64,000 nucleotides of DNA from an uncultured Micavibrio sp. (GTDB taxonomy: Bacteria > Pseudomonadota > Alphaproteobacteria > Micavibrionales > UBA2020). Shown in pieces: positions 1 through 9,037 of the stretch. The translations under genes and the position numbers were made by a program. Every line of letters begins with the position of its first letter. Positions within the stretch are counted from its first letter, which is position 1. The stretch lies in the NCBI GenBank assembly GCA_964534445.1, contig CAZHOE010000006.1, positions 1,795-65,794 of the forward strand, read 5' to 3'. The notes beneath the pieces are model-generated. The model was not told the origin of the DNA, made no database searches, and worked only from the letters and a program-made list of their open reading frames with translations.

Positions 1-285
1 GATCAAACCGTGCGCGGTGATGATCACGTTCCACATCTGGCCGTCGGACGAGCCGTCGGCCATGGTCAAGTATTGCATGCCGGGCTCTTGCAGCTCCATA
101 CGCATCATGACGGAGAAAGCGCCGCCGATCAGACCCGCAATAACGGAAAAGATCAGGTAAAGTGTGCCGATGTCTTTATGGTTGGTCGAACAGAACCAGC
201 GCGTAAAGAACCCGGGGGTGTGATCGTGATGGTCCCCATGATGGTCGTCGTGGTGACCGTCTGCTGCATGTTGTTTGCCAGCCAT
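1..285 (-). CDS. ctaD: Cytochrome c oxidase (aa3-type) subunit I, first 95 codons only; gene runs off the left edge
   Basis: Manual minus-strand translation from the ATG at 285 gives [69 protein letters not shown]..., the conserved COX1 N-terminus. It is absent from the ORF track because there is no stop inside the window. It starts 38 nt downstream of the subunit II stop. Confidence 0.9.
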   Translation of the reverse strand, partial: MAGKQHAADGHHDDHHGDHHDHTPGFFTRWFCSTNHKDIGTLYLIFSVIAGLIGGAFSVMMRMELQEPGMQYLTMADGSSDGQMWNVIITAHGLI

Positions 286-323
286 GATATCTGTCTCCTG
301 ATCTTCTTATTCTTCTTTATAGG

Positions 324-1364
324 TTATTCTGCGGTTTTGGTTGCAGCGTCGACGGCGTCGGCGTCGGTGGTTGCATCGGTAGCGGCTGCATCGGCAGCAT
401 CCGTCTCAACAGTCGCTTCCGCTTCCGTTTCATCTGCGGGGGCTCCATCCCCTGCGACAGCTTCTTGTTCAGCCGCCGGCATTGCCTCTGCGGCAATCGC
501 CTCGGCCGTATCGGCAACAGCCGTTACGTCCGGCATCGTGCCGCCCTTGAACGCCACCCATTCCGCAAATTTTTCTTTGGATACGGCATGGATTTCGATC
601 GGCATGAAACCGTGATCTTTTCCGCACAGCTCCGAGCACTGGCCGTAGTAAATGCCTTCACGCTCGATACGGGTCCATGTTTCGTTCGTATGCCCCGGTA
701 CGGCATCCATTTTCACACCCAGAGACGGCATCGCCCAGGAATGCAAAACATCTTGCGCTGTCACCAGAATGCGGATGTTCGTTTGAATCGGCAGCACGAC
801 AGGCTCGTCCGTGGACAGCAGGCGTACCTGACCTTCTTTCAGCTCGTCGTCCTTCACCATATAGGCGTTATATTCGATATCGCCATGGTCGGGATAGCTG
901 TAGCCCCAATACCATTGAAAGCCTGTCACCTTCAGCGTCATTTCCGCATCGGCGGTTTTATCGGCAAAATACAAAAGCTTCATGGACGGAATAACGATCA
1001 CGACCAGAATTAAAACCGGCACCAGCGTCCAGACAACCTCCAGCATGGTGTTATGCGTGGTTTTGGACGGCTGCGGGTTTGCTTTCGCATTGAAACGGAT
1101 CATGACGTAGAGCAACAGCAGCATCACGAAGATCGTGATCACCGTAATGATCGGGAACAGCAGTTGATTGTGGAAGAAATGCATCTGATCTTTGACAGGA
1201 GATGCCGGCGGCTGGAAACCGAACTGCCAGTTCTTCGGCACACCCACCTGTTCGCCTTGCGTATCCACAGCGGCAAAAACCGGTGTGGAGAACAAGAACG
1301 CGGCAAGCGTAAAAGCCAGATTGCGGCAACGGGTCAGAATGGATCTGCTGTTTGTTTGGGTCAT
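324..1364 (-). CDS. ctaC: Cytochrome c oxidase subunit II with an Ala/Asp/Thr/Glu-rich C-terminal tail
   Basis: CuA motif: HSWAMPSLGVKMDAVPGHTNETW...GQCSELCGKDHGFMPI. Two TM helices. Start placed at MTQTNSRS (signal-like AFLFSTPVFA) rather than the track start at 1451. Confidence 0.9.
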   Translation of the reverse strand: MTQTNSRSILTRCRNLAFTLAAFLFSTPVFAAVDTQGEQVGVPKNWQFGFQPPASPVKDQMHFFHNQLLFPIITVITIFVMLLLLYVMIRFNAKANPQPSKTTHNTMLEVVWTLVPVLILVVIVIPSMKLLYFADKTADAEMTLKVTGFQWYWGYSYPDHGDIEYNAYMVKDDELKEGQVRLLSTDEPVVLPIQTNIRILVTAQDVLHSWAMPSLGVKMDAVPGHTNETWTRIEREGIYYGQCSELCGKDHGFMPIEIHAVSKEKFAEWVAFKGGTMPDVTAVADTAEAIAAEAMPAAEQEAVAGDGAPADETEAEATVETDAADAAATDATTDADAVDAATKTAE

Positions 1365-1561
1365 CTTGGTAAATCCGTTTAGCGGCGAAGATAAATATAT
1401 GAACGGGCGTCCTTGCGAGGAGTCGCAAATGCCCGACAACACATATAGCACTCAAACGGCGGCAGGTGAAGCCGTGATACAGAAAATTTCATTCCCGTAA
1501 TGGGATAAACAGGGCTTATTTATGAAGGGGTTATAGTCCTGTTTTTGGCTGGCAAGCCCTT

Positions 1562-1837
1562 CTAGTTAAACGATTGTTCAAGTTCTATTTCGCGCAGTAG
1601 CGCCGAAATCTCTTCCATCTCGTAATCCAGCGCCCGCACCGCGCGGTAATCCAGCGGATTGGCCCGCAGCAAACGCCCGCGCTTATATTGGGCCTCGCGG
1701 CGGCATTCCAGCAGTGTATCGTAATAAAACCTTTGCCAATGCTCCTGTGTGACGCGGTGTAACAAGGGCTCCAGGCCGACAGCCGCCAAAAATTGCTTGC
1801 CCACGGTTTCCAAGAACATGCCGACCTGCCTTTTCAA
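1562..1837 (-). CDS. Hypothetical small protein (85-91 aa)
   Basis: ORF with host-like codon usage (ctg/gcc/cgc-rich third positions). No motif recognised. The start may be the internal Met at 1819. Confidence 0.45.
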   Translation of the reverse strand: MKRQVGMFLETVGKQFLAAVGLEPLLHRVTQEHWQRFYYDTLLECRREAQYKRGRLLRANPLDYRAVRALDYEMEEISALLREIELEQSFN

Positions 1838-1942
1838 AAATGCCTATACATATGGTTTATGACAAAAATCATGGCAAATTCCGGCCTCCCCGTCAAAGGA
1901 AACCGGAATTATGTCTTTATTTCAAAGGTATGGAGAATTAAG

Positions 1943-2584
1943 TCAGGCCAGTGTCAAAATAGCGCGCAGCTCGGCAATGCCCTCGCCTTTCTCGGCGCTG
2001 GTGGCATAGACTTTGGGAAAGGCGCCTTTACGCTTTTTCATTTCGGCTTCGACCTCGGTGATGCGCTGTTCGCGTTCGCTTTTCTTGACCTTGTCCATTT
2101 TGGTCAGAATCGCGATATAGGCCACGCCCGCGCTATCGATGATATCCAGCGCCTTGTAATCCGCGGCCAGCAGGCCGTGACGCCCGTCGACCAATACACA
2201 CAGACGCGTCAGGTTCTCGCGGCCGCGCAGATACTGGCTAACCATCGTATTCCAGGCATGCGCCTTGGCGCGTGTGACTTTCGCATAGCCGTAGCCAGGC
2301 AGGTCGGCCAGCTGTAGCAAACCACCCAGATCAAAAAAATTGATCTGCTGTGTGCGCCCCGGCGTGTTGGACGAACGGGCCAGATTTTTGCGCCCCGTCA
2401 GTGCGTTGATCAGACTGGATTTGCCGACGTTGGAGCGACCGGCAAAGGCGACCTCCGGCACATCCGAGAGCGGAATACGCTCCAGCTTATCCGCTCCCGC
2501 CACAAAGCGGCATTCCTGACGAAAGATACGCTGCGCTTCCGCCAGCGTTTCTTCGTCAATGACAAAGCCTTGTTCGATGCTCAT
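1943..2584 (-). CDS. engB: Ribosome-biogenesis GTPase YihA/EngB
   Basis: G1 motif GRSNVGKSSLINAL and G3 motif DLPGYG. The start overlaps the yidC stop by 4 nt. Confidence 0.9.
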   Translation of the reverse strand: MSIEQGFVIDEETLAEAQRIFRQECRFVAGADKLERIPLSDVPEVAFAGRSNVGKSSLINALTGRKNLARSSNTPGRTQQINFFDLGGLLQLADLPGYGYAKVTRAKAHAWNTMVSQYLRGRENLTRLCVLVDGRHGLLAADYKALDIIDSAGVAYIAILTKMDKVKKSEREQRITEVEAEMKKRKGAFPKVYATSAEKGEGIAELRAILTLA

Positions 2585-4404
2585 TTGCCCGCCGCTTCGG
2601 CATCGGCGTCATCGCCCGTCTTGGCCTTTTTCTTTTTACGGCGGCCGCTGTGCCCGCGCAGCAGGTGCGTATCCTCGTTACCGACTTTTTTGAGGATGTA
2701 GTATTGCTGCAGCACGGTCAGTACGTTCGACCATGTCCAGTAAATGACCAGACCGGAAGCAAAGTGCGCCAGCATGACCGTCATCACATAGGGGAAGTAC
2801 GATTGCAGTTTTTCCTGAATCGGATCCGTCATCGGCGGGCTGATGCGTTTGAGCTGGATCATCGAAATACAGAACAGCACCGGCCATGCGCCGATCATCA
2901 GAATATCCGGCGGCGTAAACGGCAGCAAACCGAAAAGGTTGAAAACACTGGTCGGGTCGGGTGCGGACATATCGGGAATCCAGCCCCAGAACGGCGCGTG
3001 GCGCAGTTCAACCGAAATCAGGATCACTTTATAAAGCGCAAAAACGATCGGGATCTGCAAGAGCATCGGCCAGCAACCGCTGAAGGGATTGGCGTCCTCT
3101 TTCTTATACAGATCATAGATTTCCACCTGCATCGTGGCGCGGTCGTCTTTATATTTTTCCTGCAACTCTTTCAGCTTGGGTGCGATGATGCGCATTTTCG
3201 CCATGGAGCGGAAAGATTTGTTTGTCAGCGGGAAAACGGCGGCACGGACAATCACCGTCATCAGCAAAATCGCAATCGCAATATTGCCTGTCCAGTCGGC
3301 CAAGAGATGCAGCAGAATAAAGAACGGCTTGGTAATGAAATACCACATGCCGAAATCGATCCCGAGTTCCAGCTTTTTGAAACCATAGGTTTCCTCATAG
3401 GCACGCATGACCTTCAGGTCTTTTACGCCGGCATAGACATGCGTTTCGGCAGAAATCTGTGCGCCCGGCTGCAAGGTCTGCGTTTTGGCAACGATATCGG
3501 ACTGATAGATGTCGCTGTGCTTGCCTTTGCTGCCGACAATGCGGGCATTGAAACGCGCATCCTTGTCGGGCAAGAGCGCGACGAGCCAGTATTTGTCGCT
3601 AAAACCCAGCCAGCCGGCGGTATCTTCGCGCTCGATCTTCTCGCCCTTTTTCAGGTCTTTGTAGTCCGGCTCAATATGCTTGTCGCCAATAAAGGCCACA
3701 GGGCCTTCGTGCAGAACGAAAAAGCCGCTGAAATCTTTCGGCTGCCCGTGGCGCGCCACCAGATGATAGGCGTTCATATCCAGCGCCTCGGTGCCGGCGT
3801 TTTTCACCGTATCACGCACGGTAAACAAATAATTTTCATCCAGCGCAATGCTGCGGGTGAAAAGCAGGCCTTCGCCGTTATCCCATTCCAGCATCACGGG
3901 CTGGCCGCCGCTGACGATTTCTTTCGAGCTGCCCGCAGCCAACTGCCAGATGGTATTCGCCGTCGGCAGTTTTACGCCGCTTTTGTTCGCGATCCAGCCG
4001 TTCTCGACATAATAGGCACCCGCCGCGCCCGTCGGATTCAGCAGTTCGACTTCTTCTTCACGCGCAACGGTTTTGTAACGCCCGCGCAGTTCCAGATCAT
4101 CCAGCCGCGCGCCCTTCAGGGCGATGCTGCCGCTGACTTGCTCACCGTCAATCCGGATGCGCTGCCCGCTGGCCGCAATCATATCGGCACGGGTTTTCAA
4201 ATCCCCGCCATCATCGGCGGCTACACCGGCTTCAACCTCGGCATTCTTTTGTGCGGTGGCTTCGATGGCGGCGCGGGCGCGGCGCTCTTCGTTCTTCGGG
4301 CGCTCGACCAGAAAATAAAAACCCAGCAAGATCGTCAGCGATACCACAATCGCCAGCATCAGTCTGGCGCGGTCTTCAGCCTCGTTCGGGTCGTATTGCT
4401 TCAT
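2581..4404 (-). CDS. yidC: Membrane protein insertase YidC
   Basis: 607 aa with a large periplasmic domain and the conserved C-terminal 60-kDa insertase core (PFSGCWPMLLQIPIVFALYKV, YWTWSNVLTVLQQY). Basic C-terminal tail. Confidence 0.95.
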   Translation of the reverse strand: MKQYDPNEAEDRARLMLAIVVSLTILLGFYFLVERPKNEERRARAAIEATAQKNAEVEAGVAADDGGDLKTRADMIAASGQRIRIDGEQVSGSIALKGARLDDLELRGRYKTVAREEEVELLNPTGAAGAYYVENGWIANKSGVKLPTANTIWQLAAGSSKEIVSGGQPVMLEWDNGEGLLFTRSIALDENYLFTVRDTVKNAGTEALDMNAYHLVARHGQPKDFSGFFVLHEGPVAFIGDKHIEPDYKDLKKGEKIEREDTAGWLGFSDKYWLVALLPDKDARFNARIVGSKGKHSDIYQSDIVAKTQTLQPGAQISAETHVYAGVKDLKVMRAYEETYGFKKLELGIDFGMWYFITKPFFILLHLLADWTGNIAIAILLMTVIVRAAVFPLTNKSFRSMAKMRIIAPKLKELQEKYKDDRATMQVEIYDLYKKEDANPFSGCWPMLLQIPIVFALYKVILISVELRHAPFWGWIPDMSAPDPTSVFNLFGLLPFTPPDILMIGAWPVLFCISMIQLKRISPPMTDPIQEKLQSYFPYVMTVMLAHFASGLVIYWTWSNVLTVLQQYYILKKVGNEDTHLLRGHSGRRKKKKAKTGDDADAEAAGK

Positions 4405-4747
4405 CTTTCACTCTTTCCTTTGATTCTGCGTCCTGATCAGCGGCGCAACAATGGGAGGCATCTGTAGCACAAATAGGCGCGCTTTTAGAGAAAAACTTGC
4501 CCCAAATTCCCTTGGGCGACGGCAGATCGTCCGGCACAGGGTCATAGCCGCCCTGATTCCAAGGATTGCAGCGCAGAATCCGCCGCATCCCCATCCAGCC
4601 GCCGCGCAGCGCGCCGTAGTGGCGCACGGCATCTGCCGCATAATGCGAACAGCTGGGATAGAAACGACACTCTTTTCCCATAAGCGCAGAAAAGGTTACC
4701 TGATAAAACCGGATGATCAGCAAAAAGGCGCGGGCGAGCAAACTCAT
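4376..4747 (-). CDS. yidD: Membrane protein insertion efficiency factor YidD, with an extended C-terminus
   Basis: RFYQVTFSALMGKECRFYPSCSHYAADAVRHYGALRGGWMGMRRILRCNPWNQGGYDPVP. Start taken at MSLLARAF (ATGA overlap with rnpA). The 3' end overlaps the yidC start by 29 nt. Confidence 0.8.
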   Translation of the reverse strand: MSLLARAFLLIIRFYQVTFSALMGKECRFYPSCSHYAADAVRHYGALRGGWMGMRRILRCNPWNQGGYDPVPDDLPSPKGIWGKFFSKSAPICATDASHCCAADQDAESKERVKDEAIRPERG

Positions 4748-5121
4748 GACAGCACCCCCAGCTTTTTCAGCGCCCAGCGCAGATCGCGGCCCAGCTTGGC
4801 AAACTCGCAATCCGCCCCCGTGGTACGGCCGATCAGCACGATGTCATAATTTTGCAATTGTTTGGCCTCCGCATCGTTTTGCAGCATCAGGCGCACCGTT
4901 TCGCGCAAACGGCGCTTGGTGCGGTTACGCACCACGGCATTGCCGACCTTGCGGCTGACCGTTAAACCAAGACGAAAACCGGCAGCATCCTGTTCGGATA
5001 CAGCCGGTGAAGCCTTTTTGAAAACTTGCAAAATAAAAGCAGGCGTCACCCACTTCTGCCCCTCGGTGGCGATGCGGCGAAAATCCTGCGATGCCTTCAA
5101 TGTTGGAATCGCCGCACACAT
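4744..5121 (-). CDS. rnpA: Ribonuclease P protein component
   Basis: FRLGLTVSRKVGNAVVRNRTKRRLRE (RNR motif). Sits between rpmH and yidD. Confidence 0.85.
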   Translation of the reverse strand: MCAAIPTLKASQDFRRIATEGQKWVTPAFILQVFKKASPAVSEQDAAGFRLGLTVSRKVGNAVVRNRTKRRLRETVRLMLQNDAEAKQLQNYDIVLIGRTTGADCEFAKLGRDLRWALKKLGVLS

Positions 5122-5144
5122 GATGAGGGGTTATCCCCTGACAA

Positions 5145-5279
5145 TCACGCGGACAGACGCTTGCGGCCCTTCGCGCGACGTGCGGCGATGACTTTCTGGC
5201 CGTTGCGTGTTGCCATGCGGGCACGGAAGCCGTGACGGCGTTTGCGAACCAGTTTGCTGGGTTGGTATGTGCGTTTCAC
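5145..5279 (-). CDS. rpmH: 50S ribosomal protein L34
   Basis: Not in the ORF track (GTG start). Manual translation gives [49 protein letters not shown] lies 8 nt upstream of the GTG. Confidence 0.9.
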   Translation of the reverse strand: MKRTYQPSKLVRKRRHGFRARMATRNGQKVIAARRAKGRKRLSA

Positions 5280-5532
5280 AGTAATATCTCCATTCACGGA
5301 CGTAAGAATCTTTAAGCTCTAGGCTTATAGTGCCCCCGGCTTGGGGTTGTCAACGGCTTTCTGGCGTTTATGCTAAATAAATCAGCCTTTTCAAGTGCTT
5401 TCGCATCCCGCCGCCTGCGCATAAATCATTTTTTATCAATCACTTAACATTAATATTGACAGAACAGACGGAAGCAAGGATAAAGAAATAAGCCAAAACC
5501 CGCTTTTTGCGGCGTTTTCCGGCTTTTTAAAG

Positions 5533-5609
5533 GCGCCCGTAGCTCAACTGGATAGAGTGTTGGCCTCCGAAGCCAAAGGTTGTGGGTTCAAATCCCGCCG
5601 GGCGCGCCA
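5533..5609 (+). tRNA. tRNA-Arg (anticodon CCG)
   Basis: Cloverleaf read by eye: acceptor GCGCCCG/CGGGCGC, anticodon stem TTGGC/GCCAA with loop CTCCGAA, T arm GTGGG-TTCAAAT-CCCGC, encoded CCA. Confidence 0.9.
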
Positions 5610-5619
5610 TTTCCTCGAT

Positions 5620-6033
5620 TCATTCACGATCCACCGCAATCAGCTCCACGTCGAATATCAGCGTCGATCCGGGGCGGATTTTGGTGCTGGGGCTGCGGTC
5701 GCCGTAGGCGAGGTCGGCGGGGATATAGAGCGTTGCCTTGCCGCCCTGCCCGATGACTTGCAAACCTTCCGTCCAGCCCGCAATCACGCTTTGCAAGGAA
5801 AAGGTCGCGGGCATGCCGCGCGCGAAGGAGCTGTCAAATTCCGTGCCGTCAATCGTGGTGCCGCGGTAATGCACCGTGACCATGTCTTCCGCCGCCGGTT
5901 TGACATCGTCGCCCGCGGCGGTGATTTTGTATTGCAACCCGCTGGGGGTTTCGATGACGCCATCGTTTTGTTTGTTGTCGGCGAGGAAAGCCGCGCCCTT
6001 TGCGCGGTTCATTTCGGCAATTTTCACGGACAT
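5620..6033 (-). CDS. FKBP-type peptidyl-prolyl cis-trans isomerase
   Basis: VTVHYRGTTIDGTEFDSSFARGMPATFSLQSVIAGWTEGLQVIGQGGKATLYIPADLAYG...LIFDVELIAV. Confidence 0.9.
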   Translation of the reverse strand: MSVKIAEMNRAKGAAFLADNKQNDGVIETPSGLQYKITAAGDDVKPAAEDMVTVHYRGTTIDGTEFDSSFARGMPATFSLQSVIAGWTEGLQVIGQGGKATLYIPADLAYGDRSPSTKIRPGSTLIFDVELIAVDRE

Positions 6034-6195
6034 AGCGTTTTCCTTAAAATAAAGATGAGGGAACTTTTTCGCGTTTTTGCAGTTTTTGGTTAGCGGCTAT
6101 GTGTTAGCATCCGCGCAAGCGTGTTTCAATTCATCTTCTTCCTGCCTAAAATACGCCGTCACACGTACGGCCCCCACGACCGGAGAATTTTTCAC

Positions 6196-7293
6196 ATGAC
6201 GACCTTCTTTTCCCGTTTGCGTTTTCTGATGGCCTTCTGCGCGCCTTTGACGCTCGCCGCCTGTGCGGGGCCGATTACGTCTGCACCGCAGGCCAGCCGC
6301 GCCGATATCCAGCGCGAACAGCAGTTCCAGCAAGATATGGTGTTCGAGCGCGTGGTCGAAGACCAAAAGCGCCTGTTTGATCTGTCCTACCCCATCTTGA
6401 AAGCGAATGCGGAATTTTGTCGTCCCAAAACCGCGCCGATGATGGGCATGACGGCATGGAATCTGGCCAGCCTGAGCAACCGCGCCTGGCAAAATGCCGC
6501 GCGCAACCTTTATGGCCTCACCGACCGCCTGACGGTGCGCAGCGTTGCCAAAAACTCTCCCGCCGTGCGGGCGGGTTTGCGCAGCGGTGATGTTATCGTC
6601 GCCATCAACGGCGCAACCTTGCCGCAGGGCGTGAATGCGCTGAAGACCGCCGACAGCATTGTCAAACAAAGCGGCATGCGCCAGCTGGAGATTGTATACG
6701 AGCGCGGCGGCCGCGCCCATTCCACCACCTTGCAACCCGTCGAGGGCTGTGATTACCCCGTTGTGCTCGACAGCAACAGCAACGAGATCAACGCCTATGC
6801 CGACGGCAAACGGATTGTGATTTCCAAAGGCATCATGCGGTTTTCGGAGAATGACAACGAGCTTGCGCTGGTCGTCGCGCACGAACTGGGCCACAGCGCG
6901 ATGCGCCACGTCGATAAAATCCGCCAGAACGCCACGGTCGGCACGCTGGGCGGCCTTGCAGTCGACAGCCTGCTGGCTGCCGCCGGCATCAGCACGGGCG
7001 GGCGCGCCGCCAGCATCGGCCAGCAGGCCGCCATCTTGCAATACTCCGTGCCGTTCGAGCAAGAAGCCGATTATGTCGGGATGTATTTCATGGAACGGGC
7101 AGGATATAGCGCAGCCAGCGTCGGGCAATTCTGGCGCCGCATGGGCGCAGAGAACGCGCAAGCAATCACCAACCGCTCCACCCACCCGACATCGGTCGAG
7201 CGTTTTCTGGCGATCGAGCGCACCTATGCCGAAATCCAGAACAAGAAAAAACGCGGCCAGTCGCTGGTGCCCAACATGCAACAAAAACGCTGA
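6196..7293 (+). CDS. M48-family zinc metalloprotease with internal PDZ domain, probable lipoprotein
   Basis: HEXXH in VVAHELGHSAMRH and a downstream EQEADYVG. PDZ-like segment VRSVAKNSPAVRAGLRSGDVIVAINGA. Lipobox LTLAAC after the MTTFFSRLRF start. Confidence 0.8.
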   Translation: MTTFFSRLRFLMAFCAPLTLAACAGPITSAPQASRADIQREQQFQQDMVFERVVEDQKRLFDLSYPILKANAEFCRPKTAPMMGMTAWNLASLSNRAWQNAARNLYGLTDRLTVRSVAKNSPAVRAGLRSGDVIVAINGATLPQGVNALKTADSIVKQSGMRQLEIVYERGGRAHSTTLQPVEGCDYPVVLDSNSNEINAYADGKRIVISKGIMRFSENDNELALVVAHELGHSAMRHVDKIRQNATVGTLGGLAVDSLLAAAGISTGGRAASIGQQAAILQYSVPFEQEADYVGMYFMERAGYSAASVGQFWRRMGAENAQAITNRSTHPTSVERFLAIERTYAEIQNKKKRGQSLVPNMQQKR

Positions 7294-7303
7294 TCTTCCC
7301 CAA

Positions 7304-7342
7304 AACAAAAAAGCCCCGCAAAACCTGTGGGGCTTTTTTTTT
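7304..7342. terminator. Bidirectional intrinsic terminator between convergent genes
   Basis: A-run, then hairpin GCCCCGCA-aaacc-TGTGGGGC, then a T9 run. Confidence 0.7.
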
Positions 7343-7359
7343 GCGGCGCGGCGTTGCTG

Positions 7360-7947
7360 TTACCAGTGACGCACGCGGCCGGTATCGATATGCACAAAAT
7401 CGCTGCGCGGGTAAAAACCGACGCCGCCGGATTTGACGGCAATCGCCGCTTTTTTCAGCGTCGACAGGCGCGTCCCCGGCAATTGCAGATCAATCGCCTG
7501 GCCTGACATATGCAGGCTGTTGCGCGCAACGCCTTCGCTTTTACGGCGCAGCATGGCATTCGTTTTCGGCGAGCGATAGCCGGAGAAGATACGGAAAGCG
7601 TTGTTGTTTTCCAAACGATGCTGCACGACATAGAGAATATCCATGAGACGCGGATCAATCGGGAAAATGCTATTGGTGCGATGATCGCGCATCAAATTTT
7701 TGATTTCGCCGAAAGCATCGGGCAGATAGCGGCCATTGGCCCAGTATTCACCCTTGAACTTATCGCCCGTATGCGCATTTACCAGACTGACCGTGCGACC
7801 TGTCAGCGGTGATGCAGCGATTGCTTCGATCGGCGGCATCCAAAAGCCCAGCGCTGCCGTAACGGCAAGGCCTGCCTTTAAAAAGCCGCGACGATCGGAA
7901 TCAAATGCCTCCGCCGCCTCGGCGTTTATTTTCATGATGTTTTGCAT
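7360..7947 (-). CDS. DUF882 / YcbK(MepK)-like peptidase M15 family protein with Tat signal
   Basis: Twin-arginine motif SDRRGFLKAGLAVTAALG. SGYRSPKTNAMLRRKS...HMSGQAIDLQLPG...FVHIDTGRVRHW. Confidence 0.8.
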   Translation of the reverse strand: MQNIMKINAEAAEAFDSDRRGFLKAGLAVTAALGFWMPPIEAIAASPLTGRTVSLVNAHTGDKFKGEYWANGRYLPDAFGEIKNLMRDHRTNSIFPIDPRLMDILYVVQHRLENNNAFRIFSGYRSPKTNAMLRRKSEGVARNSLHMSGQAIDLQLPGTRLSTLKKAAIAVKSGGVGFYPRSDFVHIDTGRVRHW

Positions 7948-8173
7948 GAAAGCCCCGTTTTTTGTTTTTTATAATTACCCCACATATAAGGATAACAAAA
8001 AACACTTCGGTTCAAGAACAAAAAACGCACCAAAGGACATAATAATGTAATGTTTTTACAAAATAGCTCGATGAATTATGTTTTTCTGTCGATTGTGGAA
8101 ATATGACTTCTTTTTGCAAAAACCCGCGCAGAAAGGGCGGACGCAGCATGAAGACATTGTGAGGTGCGCGCGA

Positions 8174-9037
8174 TCAGGCAGGTTTACGCAAAGGGGATTT
8201 GTCGAGTTTGCCGGCAGGGTTTTTCAAATCAGCGACCTGTTCTGCAAGATCAGCGACCGTTTGCTCCAGAGATTTGACCGTTTTGCGCAGCGTGGTCAGC
8301 TCTTTGGCCATGTCTTCAAAGCTCATCAAGGCCGGTGCATCGGGATGCGTTTCCAAACGCAGGTCTTCCAAAAATACGCGCACATTATCCGCGCCGGCGT
8401 TACGGGCCGTATTGATGGCAAGGTCGATATCCGCACCGTGCTTTTGCACCAGGTGCAGCGCAAAATCCCGCTTGCCTTCCGCCGCCGCCTTGCGCAAAAA
8501 AGATTCGTTGTCTTTATACAGATCGAAACCGGCGGCAACCAGAACATCAAATTCGGCGATCATATCGTGCGACAGCGTATGCTCCGCAGCCACCCATGGC
8601 GCAGAAAGTTTTTCGATATCCCCGCCGAGCGCTTCCGCAAAAGTGGACAGACGCGCTTGCGGATCTTCGATAAACGTCAAAACCCCCATGGCGGCCGCTT
8701 GTACCGGCAAGTGCCCGCTGCCAAAAGCCGCGACAAGCGCCACGTTCTGACTATGGCGCAGAGCGCCCTCGAAAAGCGTTGGCAAGAAACCTTTTGAATA
8801 ATAAAGCCCGTATTGATCAAGCTTCCCTTGCAATTCGGCATCGACTTTTTCCGCAAGCAAGCGTGCCATTTCCGGCTTCATTTTACCAAGATCGGCAGAT
8901 CGGCGCAGGCCGATCAGATACGCAACATCCAGCGGCTTACCTTTCAAGAGCAAACGCTCCATCAGCGCCGTGTCGTTTTCGACAATCGCACGGGTAAACA
9001 ATTCTTCTTTTGAGGTAAAAGCGTTGCGCAGGCTCAT
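8174..9037 (-). CDS. Hypothetical protein, ankyrin-repeat-like with C-terminal coiled coil (paralog 1)
   Basis: LVAAGFDLYKDNESFLRKAAAEGKRDFALHLVQKHGADIDLAI fits the ANK consensus. Heptad-like ELTTLRKTVKSLEQTVADLAEQVADLK. Its ATG overlaps the upstream paralog's stop (ATGA at 9034-9037). Confidence 0.6.
   Translation of the reverse strand: MSLRNAFTSKEELFTRAIVENDTALMERLLLKGKPLDVAYLIGLRRSADLGKMKPEMARLLAEKVDAELQGKLDQYGLYYSKGFLPTLFEGALRHSQNVALVAAFGSGHLPVQAAAMGVLTFIEDPQARLSTFAEALGGDIEKLSAPWVAAEHTLSHDMIAEFDVLVAAGFDLYKDNESFLRKAAAEGKRDFALHLVQKHGADIDLAINTARNAGADNVRVFLEDLRLETHPDAPALMSFEDMAKELTTLRKTVKSLEQTVADLAEQVADLKNPAGKLDKSPLRKPA

Noticed and set aside
2650-4467. 605-aa plus-strand ORF antisense to yidC. 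Similar long antisense ORFs lie at 11529..12704, 19511..21001, 22871..24556, 26194..27453, 28814..29830, 32581..33585, 35543..36655 and 50045..51082.
   Set aside because: All lie opposite genes with unambiguous conserved motifs. All show Arg/Gly/His/Gln-rich shadow composition. Stop-poor antisense frames are expected with this GC-biased codon usage. There is no evidence for overlapping genes.
5280-5532. Possible oriC, because rpmH-rnpA-yidC usually neighbours dnaA and the origin in many bacteria
   Set aside because: No dnaA gene is present and I saw no convincing TTATCCACA-type boxes (the best is TTATCAATC). Alphaproteobacterial origins usually lie near hemE/parAB. The AT-rich spacer is adequately explained as the rpmH and tRNA-Arg promoter region.
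6097-7308. 403-aa minus-strand ORF almost exactly co-extensive with the M48/PDZ protease gene
   Set aside because: It is a shadow ORF. Its composition is Arg/Gly/Ala/His-rich and low-complexity with no motifs, while the plus-strand frame has HEXXH, a PDZ domain and a lipobox.
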